Shown here: in pieces, positions 1 to 9,136 of the stretch
Position numbering within the stretch: position 1 is the stretch's first letter
Layout: the number at the start of each line of letters is the position of its first letter
From: Candidatus Hydrothermarchaeum profundi
GTDB taxonomy: Archaea; Hydrothermarchaeota; Hydrothermarchaeia; Hydrothermarchaeales; Hydrothermarchaeaceae
Reading direction: 5' to 3'
Assembly (NCBI GenBank): GCA_002011125.2
Contig: MTMF02000009.1
Span: 1,288,989-1,352,988, forward strand
DNA: 64,000 nucleotides
The notes under the pieces: model-generated
What the model was told of the DNA's origin: nothing
The model's input: only the letters and a program-made list of their open reading frames with translations
The model's database searches: none
Translations under genes and position numbers: made by a program

Positions 1-20
1 AAATCTAGGAGGAAAATGAG

Positions 21-644
21 ATGAGGCTTATAAGTGACTTTCCCTCTTACTATACAGTACTTCTCTTGGGTCCTCCAGGGGTTGGAAAACGCGAGTATTG
101 CCTGTATTTACTTAAAACTTGGCTGGAGCGAGGGGAGCGGGTTATATATATAACGAGCGAAAGAAGTCCGGAGGAAATAAGGAATGAGGCAAAAATTGAT
201 TTAGAGAAAAATCTCCTTTTCATCGATTTATATTCTCAAGAGGGGGGTAATAAACACAGGGGATATCAGTTACTGCTCCATCTTAGGGATATAGAAATCG
301 AGATCGAAGACGCTGTAGAAAAGCTAGGAGCGCCTGTTAGAATAATTTTCGACTCTTTGTCTATGGTGTTCATTTATACTGCGACATCATTGATGGTAAG
401 TTTTATACAGAATTTGACTGAGAAGGTTAGGAGGGAGTATGGCTTTATAATGTATACCGTCCAGGAAGGAGTACATGACCCCCGTTTCATAAATACTATA
501 CTAAGCTTTGTCGACGGTTTCCTCCAGATGAAGTTTGAGGAGGGAGAAACCGTGGAGAAGAAATTTAGAATACATCATTTGAAAGGTCTACAATATGATT
601 CTTCTTGGATGCCATTTAACTTAAAGATGAAATCGTCTATGTAA
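21..644 (+). CDS. RAD55/KaiC-like single-domain RecA-superfamily ATPase
   Basis: Walker A-like GPPGVGKR, YITSE motif, Walker B IIFDS, C-terminal DGFLQM...KFRIHHLKG typical of archaeal RAD55/KaiC-like proteins; GGAGG upstream. Confidence 0.8.
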   Translation: MRLISDFPSYYTVLLLGPPGVGKREYCLYLLKTWLERGERVIYITSERSPEEIRNEAKIDLEKNLLFIDLYSQEGGNKHRGYQLLLHLRDIEIEIEDAVEKLGAPVRIIFDSLSMVFIYTATSLMVSFIQNLTEKVRREYGFIMYTVQEGVHDPRFINTILSFVDGFLQMKFEEGETVEKKFRIHHLKGLQYDSSWMPFNLKMKSSM

Positions 645-785
645 CTCGTCAATCTCATATTTTCAGGAAAAATCAGTAGCAATTACCAAGACGCTTACAC
701 TAAATCTCAATTAATAAAAAGAAGCTAGGAAAACTATTGAATTACGATATTATTATATAAAAGGCTAGAGTAAGTTTGAGGCGTT

Positions 786-2045
786 ATGATATTGTCAAGA
801 CTATCTGAGTTGGGTGGTGATACGCTTTCACGTTTATTAAATAGATCGAAAGCTACTCAACGTAGAATTATAGCGGATGTCGAAAAGATAGTTGAAGATG
901 TAAAAAATAGGGGAGATGAAGCTTTAAGGTACTATACTCTGAAATATGATGGAGTAGAGTTAGATAACTTCCGTGTAACTGCGAACGAGTTTGAAGATGC
1001 TCTCTCAAGCGTGGGGGAAAATGTTTTAGAAGCCTTGCAGGTATCAGCCCATAATATTAAAGAGTTCCATGAATATCAATTAAGACGTGACTGGTTCTAT
1101 GAGAAAGATGGGATTAAGCTGGGTCAAATAGTCAGGCCAATAGGCAGAGTTGGTTGTTATATTCCAGGGGGTAGGGCAGCATATCCCTCGACGGTTTTGA
1201 TGACAGTGATACCGGCTAAGACGGCAGGCGTAAGGGAAGTAACTTGCATTACTCCACCAGGAAAAGGTGGAAGCGCTAACCCATATGTTCTCGCTGCTTG
1301 CCATGTGGCGGGGGTGGATGAAGTTTATAAAGTTGGTGGTGCGCAGGGCATAGCTGCATTAGCCTATGGAACAGAAAGCATTAGGAAGGTCGATAAGATA
1401 GTGGGTCCGGGCAACATATATGTTCAGGCTGCTAAGAGAATTGTTTCCGAGGATGTGGCAGCTGATTTTCCTGCGGGTCCGAGTGAAGTTCTAATTATAG
1501 CGGATTCAACGGCGAAGCCTTCTTTTGTAGCTTTGGATATGATTGCGCAGGCAGAGCACGATCCTAATGCGAGCAGTGTTCTTGTTACAACGTCTGAGAG
1601 GCTTGCAAAAGAGGTCAAAGACTTAATAGAAAGAGAGGATAAGACTGCTGAAGCATCTGCCTCCCTAAAGGAAAATGGAGCTATTATAATAGTTGATTCT
1701 TTAGAGGAAGCTGTAGAGTTTTCCAATACGTATTCACCTGAGCATCTTGAGATTATAACTCAAGTGGATGTTCTTTCGCAGATAACTAATGCAGGATCTA
1801 TCTTCATAGGCTCCTATACCCCTGTAGCCTGCGGAGACTATGCCTCCGGTACTAACCATGTCTTGCCAACGGCAGGCTATTCCAAGTTCTATTCGGGGTT
1901 GAGTGTTAATGACTTTATAAAAACTATTTCGGTTCAAGAAGTGAATAAGAAAGGCCTTAAAAAGCTGGCGCATACTATTATAACCCTTGCTGAAGCAGAA
2001 GGTTTAAGGTTTCATGCTGAAAGTGTTCGTAGGAGAATAAAATAA
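786..2045 (+). CDS. hisD: Histidinol dehydrogenase
   Basis: Motifs YIPGGRAAYPST, GPGNIYV, PAGPSE, AQAEHD, PEHL, GDYASGTNHVLPT. Confidence 0.97.
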   Translation: MILSRLSELGGDTLSRLLNRSKATQRRIIADVEKIVEDVKNRGDEALRYYTLKYDGVELDNFRVTANEFEDALSSVGENVLEALQVSAHNIKEFHEYQLRRDWFYEKDGIKLGQIVRPIGRVGCYIPGGRAAYPSTVLMTVIPAKTAGVREVTCITPPGKGGSANPYVLAACHVAGVDEVYKVGGAQGIAALAYGTESIRKVDKIVGPGNIYVQAAKRIVSEDVAADFPAGPSEVLIIADSTAKPSFVALDMIAQAEHDPNASSVLVTTSERLAKEVKDLIEREDKTAEASASLKENGAIIIVDSLEEAVEFSNTYSPEHLEIITQVDVLSQITNAGSIFIGSYTPVACGDYASGTNHVLPTAGYSKFYSGLSVNDFIKTISVQEVNKKGLKKLAHTIITLAEAEGLRFHAESVRRRIK

Positions 2046-2067
2046 GCATCTAATTCTTGGTGATAGG

Positions 2068-3375
2068 ATGGAGAGAAAGTATTCGGATGAGATAATCCCT
2101 GATATGGATGGACGGAAGGTCAAGATAGCGGGATGGGTGCATGATAGAAGAAAACTTGGCGGGCTTCTATTTCTCCTAGTGCGAGATAGAGGAGGACTTA
2201 TTCAAGTCACTCTTCCAAAAAAATATGTTTCTGAGGATGTGTTTGAAAAAGCCCGTACAGTTAGCAAAGAAAGTGTGGTGGCAATAGTAGGCGAGGTAAA
2301 GAAAGAAGAGCGGGCACCTCGGGGCTACGAGATCATACCTGAAAAGATAGATATCCTAAGCAAGGCAGCGGCACCTTTACCTCTTGACCCTACCGGAAAA
2401 GTCGGTGTAACCTTAGACACCAGGTTAGATAACAGGGTGCTAGATCTTCGTAGGCCAAATGTGAGTGCCATATTTAAGATAAGAGATGTCATGTTATCAG
2501 CGGCTAGAAATCACCTTAGAAGTAAGGGTTTTATCGAGATCCAAACACCGAGGATTATCTCTACTTCATCTGAAGGGGGTACCGAGCTGTTTCCAATAAG
2601 CTATTTCGAGAAGGAGGCTTTTCTTGCACAATCTCCACAGCTTTATAAGCAGATGATGATGGCTACAGGTTTAGATCGAGTATTTGAGATCGCAACTTAC
2701 TTCCGAGCAGAAGAGCATGACACGATTTGGCATCTAAATGAGATCACAGCTATAGACTGTGAGCTTTCTTTCATAGAGGATGAGAACGATGTTATGGATG
2801 TGGTTGAAGAACTGGTTCTTGCGATAATAAGGGATATAAGAGAGAATTGTAGTGAACACTTAGAAGGCTTTAACATTGAGATTAAAGAGCCTAAGACTCC
2901 ATTTCCAAGGATAACGTATGAAGAGGCCCTAGAAATGCTTGATGAGGCTGGTCTAAAGGTGCCTTTTGGCGAGGACTTGAGCACAGAGAGCGAGAAAAAG
3001 TTAGGTGAATTAATGTTGGAAAAAGGATGGTCGATGTATTTTGTTACAAAGTTCCCTCTTAGGATCAAGCCTTTCTATACAATGCCAGATAGAGATCCTC
3101 GATTCTCGAATTCTTTCGACCTAGAATTCAAGGGTAGAGAGATGGTTTCAGGTTCTCAACGAATCCATGATTATGATCTACTGGTTAAAATGATAAAAGA
3201 AAAGGGACTGAATCCGCAAGGATTTAAGACATATCTTGAAGCATTTAAATATGGCATGCCCCCGCATGGAGGCTTTGGCCTCGGAGTAGAGAGATTTCTA
3301 ATGCTCTTATTAGGCCTTCCTAACATAAGAGAGGCAGTGCTTTTCCCAAGGGACCGAAAAAGGCTAGAGCCCTGA
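2068..3375 (+). CDS. aspS: Aspartyl-tRNA synthetase, archaeal type, probably non-discriminating (Asp/Asn)
   Basis: OB-fold GWVHDRR, LAQSPQLYKQ, FRAE, motif 3 GMPPHGGFGLGVER; His in GWVH and Pro in ERAPRG are the non-discriminating signature residues. Confidence 0.95.
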   Translation: MERKYSDEIIPDMDGRKVKIAGWVHDRRKLGGLLFLLVRDRGGLIQVTLPKKYVSEDVFEKARTVSKESVVAIVGEVKKEERAPRGYEIIPEKIDILSKAAAPLPLDPTGKVGVTLDTRLDNRVLDLRRPNVSAIFKIRDVMLSAARNHLRSKGFIEIQTPRIISTSSEGGTELFPISYFEKEAFLAQSPQLYKQMMMATGLDRVFEIATYFRAEEHDTIWHLNEITAIDCELSFIEDENDVMDVVEELVLAIIRDIRENCSEHLEGFNIEIKEPKTPFPRITYEEALEMLDEAGLKVPFGEDLSTESEKKLGELMLEKGWSMYFVTKFPLRIKPFYTMPDRDPRFSNSFDLEFKGREMVSGSQRIHDYDLLVKMIKEKGLNPQGFKTYLEAFKYGMPPHGGFGLGVERFLMLLLGLPNIREAVLFPRDRKRLEP

Positions 3376-3689
3376 TTTCTCTATCTCAGTAATTCATAAA
3401 GCTCAAGCAATGATATAAATTAACTCTTTTGTTTAAATTTTGGAGGATAATCAACTTTAGGGAGTAAAACTACTTTTAATTAGATACCAATGTCACATTA
3501 ATATCGGCAGTTCTTGGCTCTATTCTAATATGACAGTAATCTTGCAAAACTTCTATAGAACCTATTATTATATCGGGGTCCAGGACATCTAATTAAATTG
3601 GTAGGTTAAAAAATGTTTAGCGTTTCTTTTCCCCGAATTGATCAAAAGTCTGGATTAAAGGCGTTCTGCTGTGATTTTGGTTAGTTTAT

Positions 3690-3703
3690 GATAGCCCCGG
3701 GCG
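3690..3703. repeat. Candidate distal att site (degenerate copy of tRNA-Thr 3' end)
   Basis: gatagccccgggcg vs gatagcccccggcg at 15498-15511, one mismatch; lies at the core/accessory boundary. Confidence 0.4.
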
Positions 3704-3923
3704 AACATCTCTTAGCCACATCAAAAGCCTATATCCTTCTTCGTTTTTCTAACATATAAATTTATTTTTAATACTTATTATATTTGGAGGTATCATAGTT
3801 AAGGAGAAAAGGTATAAAGTGAGCAGGCGAAGAAACTCATGAAGATTCCGAATAGAATAGCTGGAGACTAAATTTATAAACCGATTTTACAAATTTATTA
3901 CTTGAAAAACCTCCATAAGTATT

Positions 3924-3952
3924 TGTTCATGAACATTTTTTGTTTATGAACA
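3924..3952. promoter_or_regulatory. Tandem palindromic operator-like sites
   Basis: TGTTCATGAACA (perfect palindrome, 3924-3935) and TGTTTATGAACA (3941-3952), 17 bp apart, downstream of a TTTATAAA box. Confidence 0.5.
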
Positions 3953-4237
3953 AAACTATAGGGTCGTTTATTCTGCCGGAGGTTGACGCCTTATGAGAGG
4001 TTAGTTAAAGTTGAGTTCTCGCCTTTTAGCGGGTTTATCATCATGGCGGCGCTACTAAGAACATAGGGAAGGCTGCAAGACTCTAATATCTTTATCGCTT
4101 TAATACAAATGATATTCTTGGCAACCAGAAGGGTATCCCGTTCCTTATCGCTGAATTCCTGAGGGCAGGAAGAGCGAGCATGAGGGGTAGAAGGGGTTTA
4201 TATACCGTTTAGTACGAGTAATTTTTTATTCTAACCT

Positions 4238-4591
4238 TCACTCCCTCAATAAGTGAAGTGTCACCGGTCTATTGGAGTACGAAATGTAGGGGAGCTTGTT
4301 TAGAAGTGCCATAATTATAGCCTTCCTTCCGTGAAGCCTCGGTGCCAAGTCCTCCATATATAACTTTCCCTGAGATTCTAAGACTTCCCACGCGTATTCA
4401 AAATCTTCCTTGGAGATCTCCCTTTCAACTAATGTATCAATGTTTTGCACGGTGATGGATGTTTCAGTGACTTTTACTATTCTGTTGATGTTTCCCCTTG
4501 AAAGAGTCCTCACCTCATCCAGACCCTGAATTATGTCTCTCAGTTCCTCCCACATGTTTTCGAAGTTCTTGATTCCCTCTTTTCTAGACAT
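4238..4591 (-). CDS. Hypothetical protein, possible DNA-binding domain of the type fused to restriction nucleases
   Basis: Clean 117 aa ORF with AGGGAAG upstream; pattern RTL...IVKVT...ISKEDFEYAWEVL...IIMALLNKLPY. Confidence 0.55.
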   Translation of the reverse strand: MSRKEGIKNFENMWEELRDIIQGLDEVRTLSRGNINRIVKVTETSITVQNIDTLVEREISKEDFEYAWEVLESQGKLYMEDLAPRLHGRKAIIMALLNKLPYISYSNRPVTLHLLRE

Positions 4592-4707
4592 CTTCCCTTA
4601 ACATTGTTTCTATCCTAATTTTGTAATTATAACTATTCTAAGTTCCGGTGAATATCACTTTTTTCCACCACAAATACAACCTCATTTAATCCCGTATTCT
4701 CCATAAT

Positions 4708-5421
4708 TCACTGATGCGATTTATATTTTTTCGTTTTATCAATTATTCTAACTATTTTATGCTTATCCTCCTCTTGTATCTTGGAGCTATCAAGGTGCTG
4801 GTAGAGCCACAGTCCACTCGTCCTAATCCGCTTTACGGGGGAGTAATTTCCTAACCATTTTTCAGAGGGCTTGCATAAAGGACACTGGGCCAGTGTAGCG
4901 ATGAGTTTGCTCTCAAGTCCTTTCTCCCCAATCCTCGCTTCCATGTCCTCTAGGACTATATACTTGAAGAAGAAGTTCTCTCTGAGAATCCTGCTTATCT
5001 CCTCTTCAATCTCAACTTCCAGCCTCATGTTCCTCAAATGATGGTTCTCTTCCCTGTTTTTCCTACTGGTGAAGTCTATATCCCAGACATCCAAATAAGG
5101 TAAACCCCGTTTTTTCAAAATAGCTCTTCCCAAATTTTTTCTGAAAATGCTCCGATCCTTAGGAGCTGGTTTCATCGGGTCTAAAACAAGGTTTCTACCT
5201 AGTAGATAGTGGTCTGCTATCCTGCTCCTGAAATTCCCTTGCCTGTGGGTCCCAACACGCACAATCCTCGGTTTTTCACCCCCATGACCCCAGACCTCCC
5301 CATTCTCGTAGAAAAAGTATATGCCGTTTTTCGGCAGCTCTTCTAATCTAAAGGGATATCTCACGCTAGGCAAAGCCTCTAGTTGCTCGTGCAACCACCG
5401 GCATAGATCAGACTCTAACAT
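4708..5421 (-). CDS. GIY-YIG superfamily nuclease-like protein
   Basis: NGIYFFYE...RIVRVGTH...FRSRIADH matches the GIY-YIG core with its conserved Arg, plus a later conserved Glu helix (LESKLIA). Confidence 0.7.
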   Translation of the reverse strand: MLESDLCRWLHEQLEALPSVRYPFRLEELPKNGIYFFYENGEVWGHGGEKPRIVRVGTHRQGNFRSRIADHYLLGRNLVLDPMKPAPKDRSIFRKNLGRAILKKRGLPYLDVWDIDFTSRKNREENHHLRNMRLEVEIEEEISRILRENFFFKYIVLEDMEARIGEKGLESKLIATLAQCPLCKPSEKWLGNYSPVKRIRTSGLWLYQHLDSSKIQEEDKHKIVRIIDKTKKYKSHQ

Positions 5422-5425
5422 CCAT

Positions 5426-6256
5426 CTACCTCGGCAATCTGTATCTGATTCTTAGGGTAGCGCCTTTCCCACTTGAAGGGCTGTATAATATCTCATCACC
5501 AAGCCTCATCTCGCTGTACATCGTCTTACAGCACAAAGACATCCTATGATTTGGCCCCGGGTAACCCCCAACTATTCTATGAAGATCTCCGGAAATCACA
5601 TCCACCCATTTTTCCCCTCTTTTCTCTGCATCTTTAAGTACAGCTCGCAACGCAAACTCAAAATCTCTACTTGTAGGAAATCCCCGCTCAGTAGCTGGAC
5701 GCTTCAACCTACAGGGGGGCTCTCGTTGTTTTTCTCTCAGGCGACCATAAACATCGCCGAGCCTTGTATTAATCCCCGGAGACTCTAGATAGGTAGTTAT
5801 GCTAAAGGGACTATTGTTGTCTATAGCGCGTCTAACAGCCCTCATCATATAACCGATACCTCCTAATCCTTCAAAGGGTTTTATTACTAATGTCTGACTA
5901 TCTGAAAATGCCTGAGTTACAAGGTCAGCGTATTCCTTTCCCGCAAGGACGATTACAATGTCAAAGTTGTGAAGTTTCTTTTCCAATACTTGATTTTTAA
6001 GCTTCTCTATGCCTATAGGATTGGTTTTAGGGTCGCTGAAGGTCGCATTGTAATTCTCATGTATAACAAACTCTGGTTCTATAAACCCATACTTGGCGGA
6101 GAGTATCATCCACTTATCTCCGAACCTAATAGCGTACTCTTTATTCAGCCTAAAAAATATCCCCTGATAAGCATCTCCTGCCTTAGTTGGACCAGAATCT
6201 GGAGCTAGATCCCATATCTTTTTTGCCCCACAAGAGATAATAACTAGGGTCCTCAT
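5426..6256 (-). CDS. DUF6884-like domain fused to a small C-terminal domain
   Basis: LVIISCGAKK...A.DAY.G...WMILSAKYGFI signature; C-terminal SGDLHRIVGGYPGPNHRM.LCC domain; ends in TAG. Confidence 0.7.
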   Translation of the reverse strand: MRTLVIISCGAKKIWDLAPDSGPTKAGDAYQGIFFRLNKEYAIRFGDKWMILSAKYGFIEPEFVIHENYNATFSDPKTNPIGIEKLKNQVLEKKLHNFDIVIVLAGKEYADLVTQAFSDSQTLVIKPFEGLGGIGYMMRAVRRAIDNNSPFSITTYLESPGINTRLGDVYGRLREKQREPPCRLKRPATERGFPTSRDFEFALRAVLKDAEKRGEKWVDVISGDLHRIVGGYPGPNHRMSLCCKTMYSEMRLGDEILYSPSSGKGATLRIRYRLPR

Positions 6257-6378
6257 CCTCTTAATCTCCTTTTTGAAAAGCAGAGGTATTAAGGTTTTGT
6301 CAAGGCGATAGAGGGTCGCTGTACTGTCCGATACCAGCCTAGACGAACTAATTGTCCTCTCGATTATACATACAACGG

Positions 6379-7980
6379 TTAACCGGTCTCCATGTGAACA
6401 TGTTTTAGCTCTATCCTATCGATTGCCTTTTCTATAATATCCTTAAGATATAACCAATCGTCCTTCACACCAATAACTCTATCGTCCTTCTCTTTCTCTA
6501 ATAATTTTTTCAGAGGATCCAAAGCGCTTAGATGGCCAATTTTCCCCAACGCCTCGGCGGTTAAACCCCTGACAAGTTCGTCTGGATCGTTTATTTTCTG
6601 AATGAGAGTTGGAAGCCCGTTTTCAATTAATGATGGAGCATCTTGACAGATATTACCAAGAGCGTAAGCAGACCATGCTACCACGCCTCTATCGGTGCTC
6701 TTTAGAAGGCTAATAAGGGAAGGAACTGCATCTATTACTAATTTGGGGTCTTTCATTCCTATGCTTCCTATGGCATCGGCTGCCCAAGCTTTATTCTCTT
6801 CACTAGGGTCATCAAGCATTTCCATAATCTGCGGGATTGCTTCAGTAACAATATCTGGATAAACACTGCCTATCTCTCCCAATGCTCCTGCTATCCAGCC
6901 CCGGTTTTTCTCATCGGCTTCAGACAGCAATTTCATCAGTAATGGAGCTATTTCTCTCGCTAGGTCAGGATGGTTAGCTGCCATATCAGCAGAAATGTAT
7001 GTTGAATCCTCTGGAAAATCATGTAACGTCTTCCTCAAAAAAGGAATTGTTTCTTTTATAAGCTCAGGATCTTTACCCCCTATAGAGCTTAGAACTATGA
7101 TGGCCCCAGACCTAACATGAGCATCTTGGCTATTTAGCATCTCTTGCAGTTTGGGTATTGCGTCTTTCACCAAGCCGGGGTTCTTAGAGGCAACCTTAGC
7201 CAAAGCTTCAAGAATCAAAACGCGGTCAGCTTCTCTAGACTTTTCCAATAGTTCTATTATTTTAGGAACAGCATCTGCTATCCTTTCAGGATATTTCGCA
7301 CCTATATACCCCAAAGCACTAACAATAAAAGGGGTGACCCCTTTTTCCTCCCTCAGAAGCTGTTTTAGCGTTGGAGCAGCATCCTTAATCAGGTCTGGGT
7401 TACCCATACCAATGTCACTAAGAGCTTTTGGAAGAAGCCAAAAAAAGCTCGCTGATTCATCCTCTTCTAGATTTTTTATAAGCATTGGCACTAGATGGCT
7501 AACCATACAAGGGTTTCTTGAACCTATAACCCCGATGATCTCTATAATGTGGTTGACTATAAACCAATTCTCTTCACCTCTAGACTTGAGTAACTCAAAA
7601 TTATTCCACATCTCGTTGACCAGATCTCTCACAAATTCCTCTGAATTCCCTCTAGCTTCACCCAAAATTTCTCCAACATAGCTCCTTGTTTCGGCGTCTT
7701 GCTCAGGCAAGAAAGATACTAATGCTTCCACAATTACATCGCTTAATTCAGGATCTTTTTCTTTAATAACACCTAAGAGCTCAACTGAAACACCTTTCTT
7801 ATCTAAATGCGGAGTTGACATTAACGTAATCAGAGGTATTAAGGCGTTAAAGTCTCCTTTCATAATGTCTCTTTTATTTTTTTGTATATATCTGAAACCG
7901 TACTCAATTCCACCCTTTTTTAACCTCCATGCCTCTTTTCTAGCAGGCTTATTTTTTATTTCATATTTTTTCTTTGGCAA
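6379..7980 (-). CDS. HEAT-repeat protein
   Basis: About ten tandem repeats of type A..ALG.IG...P..V..A.P.L..LL; TTG start after GGAGGG. Confidence 0.85.
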   Translation of the reverse strand: MPKKKYEIKNKPARKEAWRLKKGGIEYGFRYIQKNKRDIMKGDFNALIPLITLMSTPHLDKKGVSVELLGVIKEKDPELSDVIVEALVSFLPEQDAETRSYVGEILGEARGNSEEFVRDLVNEMWNNFELLKSRGEENWFIVNHIIEIIGVIGSRNPCMVSHLVPMLIKNLEEDESASFFWLLPKALSDIGMGNPDLIKDAAPTLKQLLREEKGVTPFIVSALGYIGAKYPERIADAVPKIIELLEKSREADRVLILEALAKVASKNPGLVKDAIPKLQEMLNSQDAHVRSGAIIVLSSIGGKDPELIKETIPFLRKTLHDFPEDSTYISADMAANHPDLAREIAPLLMKLLSEADEKNRGWIAGALGEIGSVYPDIVTEAIPQIMEMLDDPSEENKAWAADAIGSIGMKDPKLVIDAVPSLISLLKSTDRGVVAWSAYALGNICQDAPSLIENGLPTLIQKINDPDELVRGLTAEALGKIGHLSALDPLKKLLEKEKDDRVIGVKDDWLYLKDIIEKAIDRIELKHVHMETG

Positions 7981-8048
7981 TTTCTTCCCTCCCTTTCTTC
8001 ATGCTACACTGTTATAATAATATACATAACTCTCTTTTTTAAATATGC

Positions 8049-8340
8049 ATTGAAAAAGATCTTGAGAGATTTATTGAAAAACCTCTCAGAAAAGGTTCTC
8101 TCAAGTTGAAAAAAAGACAGGCGCAGACAATTGATGGCGGTACGATTGACTTGCTTTTCGAAGATAAAGAAGGTAATCCCGTAGTTGTTGAGTTAAAACT
8201 TAGTAGAATTGGTAGAGGCGCAGTAAATCAATTGAAGCGGTACATGAAATGGGTGAGGGGTGAAACCAAAAAAAGAGGTTACCGGAGTTATTGTATGTAA
8301 AGGAGTAATGCCGGCGTTTGAGGAAAAGGTTCTACCTAGT
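8049..8340 (+). pseudogene. Fragment of a NucS/EndoMS-like (DUF91) PD-(D/E)XK domain, frameshifted
   Basis: IEKDLERFI...GTIDLLFEDKEGNPVVVELK...AVNQLKRY; removing one A from the A7 at 8268-8274 continues as KEVTGVIVCKGVMPAFEE; no proper start. Confidence 0.7.
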
Positions 8341-9135
8341 TTTCTTTACGAAGAATTCATCTATTCTTCTTTTGAGTTTTTCTTTATCTTTATATGGAAG
8401 ATATTCATTAGTCCATTTAGACTGTAAGTTTGCGTCAGTATTTTCATTCTTCCACTTGCCTAAGAAATTGTATCCATCCTCATTCGGGGAGTACACTACA
8501 CATAGAAAATTTATCGAGCTATATTTCTTATTACTTAAACAAACGTTGAACGCTTTTCTTAAAGACGCTATAGAATTCTTTGCTTTGAGGCGGCTTTTAT
8601 AGCTTGAACTCTCTGCCTTAGCCTTAACTGGCTTATCAGTATAATAAATCAGCATCCATTTTTCCCTACCCCCCCTTTCTAGAAGTTTTTCGCAGTCATC
8701 CTCCAGGCATTTTTCAAGACTTTTCGTTGTGTTTCCAAAACCTTTTCGGGTCTTAAATTCCAAGGCTATTAAAGGATCTAAGAATTTCTTCTTCTCTTCA
8801 CTTTCATGGGATTTCTTGATATCAAATTTATCAACTTCCTTGAACCGACTTGGGTCGAGAATCACCACGTCGATTCTAATATTTTCGCCTACTCCATACT
8901 CTTGGTGCAAGACGATGTTTCTAAAAATTCTATTTCCACTGTTATCGGTATATCCTGTTTCGTATGCTTCAAAGAAATTTTTATCCACTTCAATTAAGTA
9001 ATGGCAAAATATCCAATGGAAATCTTTTTCTGAGAAAAATATCATTGGGTCATCTACAAATTTTAGGGTCAATTTTTTTTTACAGCCAAGCTGCATTTTT
9101 TGATCATTTCTTCTGATATAAAGCCTCTCATTCAT
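8332..9135 (-). CDS. PD-(D/E)XK nuclease-like protein
   Basis: FFSEKDF...LHQEY...RIDVVILDP...IALEFK motifs; start refined to the ATG at 9135 just after the upstream stop; A9 tract near the 5' end; ends in TAG. Confidence 0.6.
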   Translation of the reverse strand: MNERLYIRRNDQKMQLGCKKKLTLKFVDDPMIFFSEKDFHWIFCHYLIEVDKNFFEAYETGYTDNSGNRIFRNIVLHQEYGVGENIRIDVVILDPSRFKEVDKFDIKKSHESEEKKKFLDPLIALEFKTRKGFGNTTKSLEKCLEDDCEKLLERGGREKWMLIYYTDKPVKAKAESSSYKSRLKAKNSIASLRKAFNVCLSNKKYSSINFLCVVYSPNEDGYNFLGKWKNENTDANLQSKWTNEYLPYKDKEKLKRRIDEFFVKKTR

Positions 9136-9136
9136 A

